Notes under the pieces: model-generated | The model's input: the letters and a program-made list of their open reading frames with translations, nothing else | What the model was told of the DNA's origin: nothing | The model's database searches: none | Origin: Chiloscyllium plagiosum | Lineage: Eukaryota | DNA length: 64,000 nucleotides | Reading direction: 5' to 3' | NCBI RefSeq assembly: GCF_004010195.1 | Contig: NC_057738.1 | Coordinates: 9,863,103 to 9,927,102, forward strand | Position numbers and translations under genes: made by a program | In this document: one piece after another, positions 1-13,249 of the stretch | Layout: each line of letters starts with the position of its first letter | How positions within the stretch are numbered: the stretch's first letter is position 1

Positions 1-436
1 AGTCAAGATGACGTGTTAACTCAAGATTATTACAAATTACACATCTGTTACCAGAGGCTTTTCCCTTCCTGGTTAATGCCATGAAGGTAAAAGTTGGAAA
101 CGAAAATCTTTTTATCAAGAATTTCCACCTCATCGAGAAGGCTCCCAGCCATTCCACATCTAACAATTAGCTCTGAAAGTTATCATATGTGACCACAGTT
201 GTAACATATTCAAAAACAGCAATTGAGACAACCCTCAACATTTTCTAAGAAGCAACGCAGGCATTTGAAATTAAAGTCAATGTTAACCAATTTTTTGCAA
301 ACTGTATTTCAATAATCTATCATCATCAGCCCTGGGCCGTACCCTATTTATATACTAGGTTTTGTTGAAATCTGTCCATTAGCTTTTAGGACATATTGCT
401 TACAGACAAACTAAGGAATAGGGTGAAAACATTACC

Positions 437-3330
437 TGGCAATCATGTGGGCCACTTTGTCCTGCATGCTGTCAAGCTTGATTGCCGTTGGAGCTGTACA
501 TATCCAGGCAAGATAGAGCATTCCATCACACTCCTGACTTGTGCCTTGTAGGTGGTGGGCAGGCTTTGGGGAGTCAGGAGGCAAGTTACTCTCTGCAGTG
601 TTTCTAGCCTCTGACTTGCACTTGTAACAACTGTGTTTATGTGGTGAGTGGAGTTGAGTTTCTGGTCAATGGTAAACCCCAGGATTTAGGTAGTGGGGAA
701 TTTAGTGATGGTAATACCACTGAGTGTCATAGGTGGTGGCGAGATTATCTCATATTGTAGATGATCCTTGCCTGGCATCTGTGAGGCATGAATGTCACTT
801 GCCACTTGCCAGCCCACACCTGGATATTGTCCAGGTCTTCTTGTATTTCAAGATGGACTGCTTCAGTATCTCAGGAGTCGCAAATGATGAACATTGTGCA
901 AACATCGACAAACATTCCCACTGGTCCAAAGATGTGCAGGTTAGGTGAATTGGCCATGCTAAACTGCCCATGGTGTTCAGGGATATGTAGGTTAGGTGCA
1001 CTAGTCAGGGGTAAGTGTAGAGTAATAGGATTGGGAAATGGGTCTGGATGGATTACTCTTCAGAGGGTCAGTGTGGACTTCTTGGGCCAAAGGACCTGTT
1101 TCCACACTGTGAGGACTCTATGTTTCTGATCTTATCATGGAGGATAGGTTTTTGATGAAGCAGCAGATGTTTAGGCCAAAGACACTACCCCAAGGAAGTC
1201 TGGGAGACATGTCCTGGAGCTGAGGTAACTAACCTCAAACGACCACAACCATCTTCCTGTGTGTCAGGTATGACTCCAACCAGCAGAGAATTTGCCACGA
1301 TAACTACGGATTCCAGCTTTGCTCAGGCTCAGTGATACCATATTTGGTCAAATGTGGTTTTGATATCAAGCACTGTCACTCACCTCCCCTCTGGAAGGTA
1401 GCTCTTTTGCCCATATTTGAACCAAGGCTGAAATGAGGCAAGGAGTGGAGTGGCCCTCGCAGAACCCAAACTGACCATCACAGAACAGGTGTTGTTTGAA
1501 AGCACCGTTGATGGAATCTTCCATCACTTGACAGAGAATTGCAAGGAGCCTAATGGGGCAGTAACTGGCTGGGTTGGATTGGTCCTGCTGTTTATGTCGA
1601 GCACACACCTGGACAATTTTCCACTTTGTCAGGTTGATACCAGCGTTAGAACTGTACTGAAACAGCTTGGTTAGGACAGCAGCAGAGCCTAGAGCACATC
1701 AGTATTGCCAGAATCTTGTCAGGGCCCATTGTCTTTGCAGTAACCAGTGCTTTCAGCCATTTCTTGATATCACGTGGAGAGAAGCGAACTGACTAAAGTC
1801 AGGTATCTGTGATGCTGGGAATCATGGATGAGGCCAAGATGGATCATCCACTCAGCGCTTCTGACTGAAGACTGCTGCAAATGCTTTAGCCTTATCTTTT
1901 GCACTGATGTGCTGGGCTCTTCCATCATTGAGGATGGAGGTACTTGTGGAGCCTCCTCCTTCAGTGAACTGTTTAATTGTCCACTGGCTGTGGCAGGACT
2001 GCAGACCTTAGATTTGATCAGTTGATCGTGGAATCACTTGCTGCTTTTGCTGTTTGACATACAAATAGACCTGTTTGCTAGCTTCACTAGTTTAACACCT
2101 GATTTATAGGACTACCTGGTGCTGCTCCTGTCATGCCCTCCCTGGATGCTGCCTGACCTGCTGAGCTTTTCCAGCAACACATTTCCATACAAATAGACCT
2201 GTTTGCTAGCTTCACTAGTTTAACACCTGATTTATAGGACTACCTGGTGCTGCTCCTGTCATGCCCTCCTGAACTCTCCACTGAACCGAGGTTGATTTCC
2301 TGGCTTTATAGTAATGGTTAAATGGGGGATATGTTGGGCAATGAGGTTGCATATTGTACTGGAGTACAATACTGTTGTTGATGGTTCACAGCACCTCTCT
2401 GCTGCCCAGTCTTCAGCTGTTCAACCTGTTTGAAGTCTGTCCCATTTCGCACGGTGATAGTGCCACACAACATGATGGAGGTTATTGTACATGTCAAGGT
2501 GGGACTTCATCTCCACAAGGACCATGTGGTGATCACTCTGACCGATACTGCCATAAGCAGATGCATCTGCAGTTGGCAGATTAATAAGGATGAGGCAAGT
2601 CTGCTTTTCTATTTTGTTGGTTCCCTCACCACCTGCTACTGACTCAGTCTAACCACTATGACTTTTAGAATCCGATCAGCTCAATCAGCAATGTTGCTGC
2701 CAAAACACTCAGTGGTGGATGTTGAAATCCCCCACCCAGAGTACGCAATGTGTCCATGCCACCCTCAGTGCTTCCTCTAAGTGTTGTCCAAGTGGTACTG
2801 ATTCAAACAGCCGACGGAGGATGGTCCATGGTAATCAGCAGGAGTTTTCCTTGCCCCTGTTTTACTTTAGGCCATAAGGTGTCATGGGGTCCACACACAA
2901 TGTTGAGGACTCCCAGAGCAATTCCTTCCCAACTGTACACCACCATGCCTCCACCTCCACTGGATTTGTCCTGCTGATGGAACTGGACTTATCCAGGGAT
3001 GGTGATAGCGATGTCTAGGACAATAATGTGTGAGATGTGATTCCATGAGTATGACTGCATCAGGCTCTTCCTTGACTAGTCTGTGAGACAGCTCTTCCAA
3101 TGTTGGCACTACCTTCCAGATGTTAGGAAAGAGGATTTTGCATGGTCAACAGGGCTATTTCTGTTGCTGTTTATTCCAGTGTCTAGGTCAATGTCAGACG
3201 GTCTGTCGAGTTTCATTTCTTTTGAAAGACTTGCAGCCATTGGCAAAACTGAGTGGCTCGCGAGGCCATTTCAGAGGGCAGGTGAGAGTCAACCACATTG
3301 CCGTCTGTCTGGAGGTCACATTTAGACCTG
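437..3330 (-). mobile_element. Degenerate CR1-like LINE (second family), spanning endonuclease to RT C-terminus
   Basis: Minus-strand remnants: LEELSHRLVKEEPDAVILMESHL (APE N-terminus), SNPASYCPIRLL and QFGFCEGHS (RT), YKAQVRSVME (RT C-terminus). Many stops and frameshifts; interrupted by a SINE at 922-1127. Confidence 0.8.
922..1127 (+). mobile_element. HE1-type SINE, 3' part, inserted in LINE
   Basis: ccaaagatgtgcaggttaggtgaattggccatgctaaa...cctgtttccacactgt, shared with the full copies elsewhere in the window. Confidence 0.8.
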
Positions 3331-3711
3331 ACCAGGTGAGGATGGCAGATTCTGGATTTGTTCTACTGATGCAACAGGTCTTATCCAGGATGGTGATACT
3401 GGTGCCTGGGACAATATGTGTGAGATGTGATTCCATGAGAATGGCTACATAAAATACATTCAAATCCATCCACATGTGCAAAATAGCTCTGGGAAATTTA
3501 AAGACAGCTCTAATTAAAAGCCAATTTAATTTACAGTTGCAGGTACTGCTTTCGCAGTTTGTGAACATTTCCTAGTGAAATGTAAACAAAATCCAAAAAT
3601 GAGAACAATTATTTGACAGGCTTATTACAGGTACTCCAGACGTGCACACATACAAATACACATGCAATTAACGGTAATACACAATTTCACAGTTGGTTAA
3701 AAAAGGCTCAC

Positions 3712-3772
3712 CTGCATACTTTGCTTTGTTAGTTTCATCCATGGACCAGAAGCAATGATCAAAAGCAAACAC
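3712..3772 (-). CDS. KIF13A: KIF13A-like kinesin-3 motor domain, 61-nt internal coding exon (equivalent to exon 4)
   Basis: Minus strand: ttttcttttaaatag|GTGTTTGCTTTTGATCATTGCTTCTGGTCCATGGATGAAACTAACAAAGCAAAGTATGCAG|gtgagc, translating VFAFDHCFWSMDETNKAKYA(G). Canonical AG/GT sites. Matches the recalled KIF13 motif and exon size; AFD and N..KYAG favour KIF13A over KIF13B. Confidence 0.9.
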
Positions 3773-4564
3773 CTATTTAAAAGAAAAGTTAATTATTATC
3801 CTGATTAATAATTACAGAACATGCAACCGAATATGGAAGGATTTCTATTTAACTTCTCCTTTCACTGCAAAGGATAACCTAATTCAACCACAAAAAGCAG
3901 AATGAAAGAAAAATGTTTTGCATAAAAAAATCTTGTGCTGTAGCTTTTCCAAAACAATTTTACATTAAGTTTGTTTGAAAAAAGCAATGCATCATTTGCT
4001 CTAATAAAACATCCTTTTCAGCAAAAGCACAAGTACATTGTGGGCAATAAATTATCAGACATTGTATGAAGAATTGCAGAGTATAAATTGGAGACATTTA
4101 AATCTTTGTAGCCCACTAAATGGCAACAATTGACCCAACTCCAAACATCCCCAGCAGCAAACATCAATATTTGATGGATGTCAATGTAACGATAACTTAA
4201 AATACACTTGGGTTCTTTCAGGTTGAAGGAGGGTAGAAAAAATCCACACGACCAAATTATGACAGAACCAGATGAATTCCTTAGATACCAGAGTCTGTTG
4301 ACTATTTTAAATTTCTGATATTTTGGGGTGATGAAGCACAATGCAAAGTGTCTTAAATGACTTCACACAAGGACTATTCGAGGCAGAAATGTTCGACTAC
4401 CTGCGCAAGAAATGGCCATACAAGACAATTAACTAAAATAATTCAATAATACTTGATGCTTGCATTGCAAGGAACAAAGTCAGTCATCATTTTAGTCATG
4501 TTTCTTGCTTGTCCATTAAACAGAACCAAGAGATCTTGAATATCCAACTTGAAGAAATGAATGA

Positions 4565-5330
4565 CATCTGGATAAATGTGAGGTATTGCATTTTGGTACA
4601 AACAAGGATAGGGTTTATATATTTAATTGTAAGGCCTTGGGGAGTGTTGAAGAAAAGGGGTACTTAGCGGTGTAGGTACATACTTCTTTGACGTTTGCGT
4701 CACATATAGACAGAATGGTTAAAAAGATGGTTGGCACACTTGCCTTCGTCGCCAGGTCTTTGAGTGTAGGAGTTAGGAAGTCATTTGAGATTGTACAAGA
4801 CATTACTGAGGCCTCTTCTGGAATACTGTGCCCAGTTCTGGTCACCCAGTTATAGGAAAAGTATAATCAAGCTGGAGGAGAGGGGTTAGGAGAGACTTAC
4901 CAGGATGCTGTCAGGTATGGAAGATTTGAGTTATATAGAAAGGCTGGATAGGATGGGACTTTTTTTTCCACTGGAACGTAGGAGGTTGAGAGACGTTTAT
5001 AAAAATTGAGAGGTGTAGATAAAGTAAATGGTATTGCCTTTTCCCTAGGGTGGGGGATTTCAAGACGAAGGGACACATTTTTAAAATGGGAGAAGAGAGA
5101 TTTAAAAAAGACATGAAGGGCAAATTGTTTTACACAGAGGGTGGCTCGCATGTGGAATGAACTTCCTCAGGGTACAATTACAACATTTAAAAGATAATTG
5201 GATAGGTGCATAAATAGGAAAGATTTGGATGGACATGAGCCAGGAGCAGGCAAGTGGGACTAGTTTCATTTGGGATTATGCTGGACAGGGACTGGCTGGA
5301 CTAAGGGTCTGTTTTGTGCTGTATGGCTAT
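4565..5330 (+). mobile_element. HER1/CR1 LINE 3' end
   Basis: KCEVLHFG- and LEYCAQFWSP-like remnants, followed by the CR1 3' UTR motif ttttacacagagggtgg...tggaatgaact. Confidence 0.85.
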
Positions 5331-6244
5331 ATCCATGTAACGTCTCAAATACAGATTTTAAAGGGGAATCACTCCATGAGTTTCAGAGGCTACCACGGAC
5401 ACAGATTTAGGAAGCATGAAATTTTCAACATTAATTTTGAATCACTGCCAAGAGAAATGAGTTAGAAAGAACTATAATAACTGTTTTAAGATTCCCAGCT
5501 TAACGATATAGCTGTGTGGTTTCTCCACCAATGAAGCATTTATTATTTTATGTCTGTAATTATCTGCATTTTATTCAGCTTCACAATATTAATTGCAACA
5601 CTAGGCATTGAAAATTCCCACCCTTACCCATTGTGGAGACAGGAACCTAGTTTATTACAATCTCAACCCAATGTAATGAATCTCTAAATTCTGTTTTTCT
5701 GTAAAGACCAGAGTTTGAGCTTGGTTGAATGAATGCAGTGATACAATCAGCTTAAGTGAGGGAAAGAATGAGCAATAGAAGGGGGGGGGGGAGGAGAGAG
5801 GAGAGAGAGAAATATTAGCACATACACACAGGCCTTTCGACATAAACACGGAAAAAAGTGGAGAAGAGAGGCAAAATAAAAAGGATGGATACACACAATA
5901 ATGTAAATGAAGATAAAATCAAAATTCAAGTATGCTGGAAAATAACAACCCAGCTAAAATTAAGAGTGGTCATTTCAATCAATGTTCCCCCCCTAAATCA
6001 TTTGGCACCACAGTCCCAACACAGGTTCTCTGCAGACTTATCCAGTCAGTCCCATTAGCTTATTCTACCTCAAACCAGAAGTAGCATTAAATTGCCTTTT
6101 TAAATCATCTCCCATTCCATATTTATAGACAGTGTGTTTGCTCACTATGTAAATAAAAGTTTTTCCTCACACCCCCACTTTCTCAAAATGGTAAACATGT
6201 TCCCTATTTCTTGTACTATTAGCTAATGGGAACTAACTGAAATC

Positions 6245-6655
6245 AGTAGGAAGGCAACTTCAACTCGGTTCTGGAGCGGGGTTCTGGAGCGGCAGCAGCA
6301 TTTTCAGAAGCAGCATGGCTACACCAAGTTGGTCGGCCTGTGAAGCCTGGAGTGGGACTTTCACTTCCGCATGGAATGGGACTCTGGTGGCACATGGAAT
6401 GGGTTGATGCAGCCCAGAACAGGAGTCTGGCAGCAACATAGCATGGGTTGGTGTTGCCTGGAGCTGGACTGTGACAGTGGCATGGCGTGGGCTGGTAAAG
6501 CCCAGAGAAGGATTGTAGCAGCAAAGAAGGAAAAGCTAGACTACAAAGTTATTTCTTTTTTTAAGTTCATGTGAATGACGCCTATGCATGGCAACAATAC
6601 ACAGCTTTCACTGTATTTTATACTGATTACACTTGATAAAATGATTCAAATCAAT
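6245..6655 (+). mobile_element. Unclassified retroposon fragment with Rex1-like 3' tail
   Basis: GC-richer body ending in ttcactgta...ttcaaatcaatt, resembling the tail of the Rex1-like element at 35890-36770. Confidence 0.3.
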
Positions 6656-7074
6656 TTTCTTTGAGTATGTCATTTAAATATTTCATAATTTTGTACTGTT
6701 ATCAAATTACACTAGCACTTCCTATCCTCCATGGAGAACAGCCTCAATTGCTCAATTCTAATCTAGTAGCTAAAAGGTTATCCCAGAACTATTCCCGGAA
6801 ATACATTATCCAGGGTGCTCACGTCCTCTCTAAATTGTCACAAAAAGAAGTTAACCCCCCTCAATTCCAGATACACTGCTATAAAAATTCTATAGACGTT
6901 GAGTATAATTTCCATTTTTTGTACTCAATGCCTCATATTGAATCTGTAGATAAGCATACCATCTTGCCACCTTCAAAAGATCCCTCAGTCCTTATGTCCT
7001 TAGACCCATTTTAGAACTGCGTGATTAAACTTACATTATGCCTCCAGCCCTTTTACCAAAATCTATCAAAAAAA

Positions 7075-7890
7075 CTAGGAGCAGGAGTAGGCCATCTGAC
7101 TCTGAGTTCACTCTGCCATTTAATAAGATCATGGCTGATGTTTTTGTGGCCTCAGCTCTACTTACCGCTCTGTCAACATAATGTTTTAAACCTTAAAGGA
7201 ATTAAAGGTTATCTATCTTAGCTTTAAAAACAATGAGGAAGCCTCAACTACTTCATTGAGCATAGAATTCTACAGATTCACAACCCTCTGGGAGAAGAAG
7301 TTCCTTCTCAATTCTGTCCTAAAGCCGTTCCCCCAAATTTTGAGATTGTGCTCTCTTGTCCTTGTTTCATCCACCAGTGGAAACATCCTCTCTACTTCTA
7401 TATTTATCTATTCCCTTCATAATTTTGTGTGGTTCTATAAGACCCTCCCCCCACCTCATTTTTCCAAATTTCAATGAATATAATCCCAGTCTACTCAGTG
7501 TCTCCTCAAAAGTCAACCCCCCTCAATTCCAGAATCAACCTAGTGAACCTCCTCTGCACCCCCTCAACTGCCAGTATATCCTTTCTCAAGTAAAGAGACC
7601 AAAACTGCACGCAGTACTCCAGGTATGGCCTCACTTGCACCCTATACAGCTGCAACATAACCACTCTGCTTTTAAACTCAATCCCTTTAGCACTGAAGGG
7701 CAAAATTCCATTTGCCTTCTTAATTGCCTGTTGCACCTGCAGACCAACCTTCTGTGATTCATGCACAAGGAAACCCAGGTGCCTCAGCACAGCTGCATGC
7801 TGCAATTTTTTACCATTCAAACAATAGTCCTTTTCACTACCAAAATGGATGACTTAACATTTATTAACATTGTATTTCATCTGCCAGATG
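7075..7890 (-). mobile_element. CR1 LINE 3' fragment
   Basis: ORF 7506..7820 gives QAIKKANGIL...VRPYLEYCVQFWS...VQRRFTRLI, typical CR1 ORF2 C-terminus. Confidence 0.85.
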
Positions 7891-8488
7891 GAGTATCATA
7901 TTTGCCTTTTGTCTGCCCATTCTGAGAGCTGGTCTATATACTGTTGCAGATTGACATGATTATTCTTTTTTTTGCCACATTTCCAAGATTGGTAGTACAG
8001 GCAATTTTTAAAATTTTGCTCCATATTCTAATATCAATTTATACTGTCAAAACAAAATTCAGCTAATCCTGGGGAATATCACTATCTTGTTGAGTTTGAT
8101 AAATAATCATTTATATGATCAATGTTTTCTGTCCTTCAGCCAATTTTTTTTTTAAAAAATCCAAGCTGACACCGGCCCTTTTGCTAAGCAAACTGAAGTC
8201 TCAATTTGCTTTGTCTCATTTTCCCTCAGATTGCTTTACTTTCATTGGTTATAATATATTGATTTAAAGAAATGTCACTGCAGATGAGCATTTTCACACA
8301 GAATCAGGAGACATTTTGTTAAATAGTTCAGAAATATATATTATCTTGCTTCACAACTCACGAGACTCACAACTAGAACTGCACTAGTTATGTATGAAAT
8401 TTAAAATACAACACAGCAATTGTTCTACTACTGCTGTACAACTTTGCGTTCTCTAAATATAGTCACCCACAGAAGTTACCATACATAC

Positions 8489-8501
8489 CTTAGGTCCTTT
8501 C
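8489..8501 (-). CDS. KIF13A: KIF13A-like 13-nt microexon (equivalent to exon 3)
   Basis: Minus strand: gatcttgcgtttccag|GAAAGGACCTAAG|gtatgt. Gives (R)KGPK, in phase with the 61-nt exon (RKGPK-VFAFDHCFWS). Vertebrate KIF13A/B have a 13-nt exon at this position (recalled). Confidence 0.82.
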
Positions 8502-10107
8502 CTGGAAACGCAAGATCAATCCACAAAGTAAAAATTATTGATGCGAAGGATGACAAATCCATCACCAGTCACATGGTAGGTATATTTTGGGAAAAGAAAA
8601 GAAGAAAACAAGATCAATTTTCTGAGTATTTGACAGACATCAGATCCCCTATTGAGTTTTAATATCCAGCAACATTCCTTTTCAGTACAAGCTTAGAAAA
8701 TCATTTTAACAATCGTGCTGGACTTGACAGTATGGTTAGGATTTCAGCTTCACATGACCTTATTTTTGAAATTGCTTTATATTTATTCAACTCGCAAAAG
8801 ATAGCAATAAACAAAAAAACTTTATTTAAGATGTCTAAGGTCAAACATAAGCAAAAACCACCTTTCTCCAATTAAGATTCCAGCAGATAGTCATGCTCAA
8901 GGCAATTGTCTGCATGAACAAAACTGCTGCATTTACAGGATAATGCAAGGATGCTAAATAAATGACAAATCAGGTCAAAATTACATCCAAAGATCTTGTT
9001 GAATTAAACTACAAAGGGTAAAGCTTCTGCTGCTTATAAATATCTGAAGAATTCAGCTAACTCCAACCTGGTGGATACATCCACACTAACGACTACTTGG
9101 CAAAAATCAAGAATGAACATTTAGCTGTTGCTCATGAGATTAAATTCTTCTATGAAACACTATCCACAGATTAAATCACTTACAAAGATTATAAGCAATA
9201 TGCCTTAGAACATATCTGTCAACAGTAATTTGATTAACAATGATATAATTGTATTTGGTAGCGTTTTACTAAAGAGTTCTCTGTACACTTATTACCTTCC
9301 ATCGCACTTCAGTTAATTGTGATCCCAATAATCAGACACGTGATGATTAATCCTCAACAGCATGCATTAAATACATATTTATGTAATCCGTACCATCCTG
9401 CTAAATGTTTGTGGTTAGTAAAATTCCAAATTACATTTTATGGACAGTTACTTTAATAAAACCAGCTTTAAAACAGCCATTAACACAATTTCAAGACGTA
9501 AACTTTCTGCTTGTAGTGCCAGAGTTTGGGCAACATCATGTGGTAAATTGGTTCAACTAGAAGAAATCATCCCTCCTGTACTTATTGAAATACATATATT
9601 ATAGATATAATATACATTATATACATACATAAAATAAATGTGAATGGTGGACATACATATACTATAAGAGGGAACATTATCCAATCATAACAAGGAGCCA
9701 ATTTCCAAATGACCCAGACATTCACATTGTTTGACTATGTGGAGCAAAATGGTCTCGTTGCTCAAAGGAACATTCAGACATCAGGGCAAAAGATGCTTCT
9801 TGATGCATGACTGCATGTTCAAGAGCATATTTCAAGTTACTGGTTGGAAATTACTTAGCACTCTTGCACATTCTTCAAAATTTACAAGTTCAGAAAATGT
9901 TAATGAAATAACTATCATAAAACCACAAAGGCAAATTTCACCAAAGACTAATTCAACAACAAGCAAGTTTGACCACTTAGCCAGTGACAAAACAGGTAAC
10001 AATTTGTTCCAAAAAACACTTTGAAATTTGGAAAATGTGGAAACAATCAGTCATTAATAAATCTGCTCATTTTCTCCCCTCACCACCAGTGCAACATCTC
10101 TCAAACT

Positions 10108-10225
10108 TCGAGATAATAAGGACTGCAGATGCTGCAATGTCAGTCAATAAAGTGTTGTGTTGGAAAAAGCACAGCAGGTCAAGCAGCAAGTTGATGTTTC
10201 AGATCGGGACCTTTCATCAGAACAT
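10108..10225. mobile_element. Penelope-derived short element fragment
   Basis: ggactgcagatgctg...ggaaaagcacagcaggtca motif; degenerate hammerhead-like ctgatgaaaggtcccgatctgaaacatc on the minus strand. Confidence 0.6.
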
Positions 10226-11639
10226 TTCTCAAACAAAAAGTTTACCATAGGGGAGGACTTCCAAAAGGGTTTTCTGTTATACAACTGCTCAGAGATCAAA
10301 AAAACAATTCTTGCTAATTTTAAATTTACTGCATCTTATTTAATAGTTTTCTTGAACAGTCTTGAACAGGGGGGGAAGGGAAAGTGAAAGCAACAGGGAG
10401 TATGGAGGTAAATGGCAAGATTAGCAGCAGGATAGAATGTTTCCAGGCGGAAATGGCCTTACTTCCACTCCTATGTCTTATGGTCTTATGGTCTTTTTTT
10501 ATTATAAATTCCTAATGAAACTGCCAGCAATTAGCCAATGGTGTAATTACTTAGAACTGTAAAGAATTAACCATTTTACATGGTGTTTCAATCAAATGCC
10601 TTGCTATTATTTTAAGGTACTCCATGTTGATGGAGCATGCTTGAATTGTGATTAAACCTTTTATGTAAGTTGATATATTCATTGGCAACATTTTGGATGT
10701 GTTCCAGAATGTACTGGTCCTTCAAACTACACTTTCATGCAGAAATGGCCTGGGGTGGGGCTGGTGGTGATGGTGATTGGGGGGGCACTGGTGCATAAAA
10801 AGGTATTTATCACATTACAGTGAGATATCAAAGTGAATGCATATTACAGGCTTGATATGATTTACGATGCCATTGGTAAACAAAGACCAATCAAATGCTT
10901 TGCAGTCAAGTATACATATCAGAGTGGTGTTTGATTGCACGGTGACCAACAATGGAGAATAACATCAATGCTGAATCAGCAGGGTTTCAGAGCTCACTAC
11001 TGAAACTTGAACACATAGTAACCTAAGTGTCACTCTGCTGCAGTACTGAACGAAGTGACATTTTTCAAACATGACCTTAAATCAAGGCCTCTCTTGCAGT
11101 CCCAGGTGAATTTTTTTTTAAATCCTGTAATGATTTGAAAAGCAGAAGAACTTTCCTAACAAAAATTAAACTCTGAATTAACATTGTTAAAACAGCTTAT
11201 TTACTCACATTTCACTCCTGAATGTGGAATCCACATCTTAAGTCGAAGTGACTGACTGAAGAAGAGAGCAGGAGGAGACAAGGCCAATGGCCCCTGGACA
11301 TTAGGAGAATGACAACTGATCACCAATTAAGCTTTTTTTAAAAAGTTTATCTTTGATGGAAAGTTGAGGATGCTGACAAGGCCAATGTTTGTTGACCATC
11401 AGAAAGCAACAGAATCATGGAAATACAGGTAGGTGTAATTGAGGTCGGTCACCACAATCTCATAAGTGAGAGGAATAGACTTGAAGACCAAATGAAATTG
11501 CCTGTGTCACAACAGTAATTCAGAGACTGTGAAATCCTTTTACACAACCTGAAGGCTAAAATTCAAAAGTCAAATCTGATCATAGTCAAAATAAATTTGA
11601 AGAATAGCTTCTCATTCAAATGCCACTACTCTGAAGAAT

Positions 11640-12100
11640 GCGTTTCTGTCCCCTATTAGTCATTTACACTGTAGTTCCTTGGTAAAATGGTCTGTAGATA
11701 TGGAGTCAACTTCCATTTGTGCACGGACAGCATACAAGTCTGTAGTCTCACCCTTGGTGTTCACTCGACCAGACCGTATACTCATATGCAACGGTGGATA
11801 CCCCGTAAATTCCTTCAGTTAAAAAGTGAAGAGACTAAAGCCATTTCTTTCACAAAGTGCATAAACCTGCCATTGACTTCATCACTATTAGGTCACAACT
11901 TAAGGTTAAATAGAACTGTTTGCAACTTCATCACCCATCCAACTGCAAGTTTAAATTCTCGCCCCACTATGAAAAGGTTGTACATACTTGATTTGTATAG
12001 CATGGTTTATCTCCTGTGTCACCTGTACCTGCGATCTAACAACTCAATTTCGCCAAAGTTCTCCTAATCACTGCTTTGAATAGCCTTCAATACTCTAAAT
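11640..12100 (+). mobile_element. Old L2 LINE RT fragment
   Basis: YGVNFHLCTDSIQV...FLQLKSEETKAI resembles the L2 consensus HGVNFHMYADDTQLY...FLQLNxxKTEAI. Confidence 0.55.
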
Positions 12101-13249
12101 TTCTTCCATCCATATATTTTCAAATCATATTTGCCCATTAATACTATCAATGATTTCCAATAGCATAAAAATTCTCATTCTAAGGTCTGTCATAGACTTT
12201 TTTTTAAAAAATGTCGTCGTACCTTCAGTCACATCTCCTGCAAACTTTTCATTTCTCTTCTTTTTGTACATTCCCAACTCTTCGCCACTCTTCCCAGATA
12301 TGCTAACTCAATAACCATCTGCATAACTAAGGGTTATAGTGAAAGGACGGGTAAGTGAAGCTGAGGCCATGAAAAGATCAGCCATGATCTAATTGAACTG
12401 CAGAGCAGTCTCAAAAGGACCAGGTAGCCTACTCCTGCTTTTAGTTATTCTGTTCTTATCAAATTCCTTCAGGAGCATTTCTCCCATCTTTCCACCTTTT
12501 AAAGATCCCTCGTAAAACAAGTTGCTCATTTCCCTCCTTTGCTTTGTGTTAGTTTTACCTTCTGCTCCTCTGAAATGCCTTGGAACTTTTTGTTTTAATA
12601 TTAAACTAGTTATCAGCTAATGTTTACTAAACAGTGATGGAAAATTGCATTATATTCATCAAGCGGAAATCATTTCCTTCCACTATGTTCTAAAAATGGA
12701 ACAATTTTAATGGGGTTATAGGAACAGGGAGACCAAGAGCTGAATGTATAACATTTTGGAGAAGCAGAACAATAATGCCAATTTGTCCATGTCAACACTT
12801 GGGTTCCTCTCAACCCTCTTCATTTAACTGTTAGGATAACACATTACTCCATTTTCCCTTTTATGCTGTTGAGCTTTCCATGAATACATGTACACAATTC
12901 ACATCAATATATATCTTGTGATAATGAGTTGCAAGTTTATACTACTCTCTGGGTTAGGAATTTCTTCTAAGCGGCAGGTTGAGGTAACCTTTTTCACCCA
13001 AGTAGTGAGAGTCTGGGACTCTCGGCTCAAAAGAAACTCTGGAAATACTTAAGCAATATTTAAATTTTCATTTGCTTCGCCATAGCCTCCAAGGGCTGTG
13101 AGCCAAGAACTGTAAAAATTGGATGAATGTAGTTAGATCTTTGTTGACCAACACACACATGACAGACTGAATCACACTCCTCTTTACTGTAAAGGTCTAC
13201 AAGTCTAGGAATAAATTCCTCATTTGCTTACTTGGTTACTTTCTTATAC

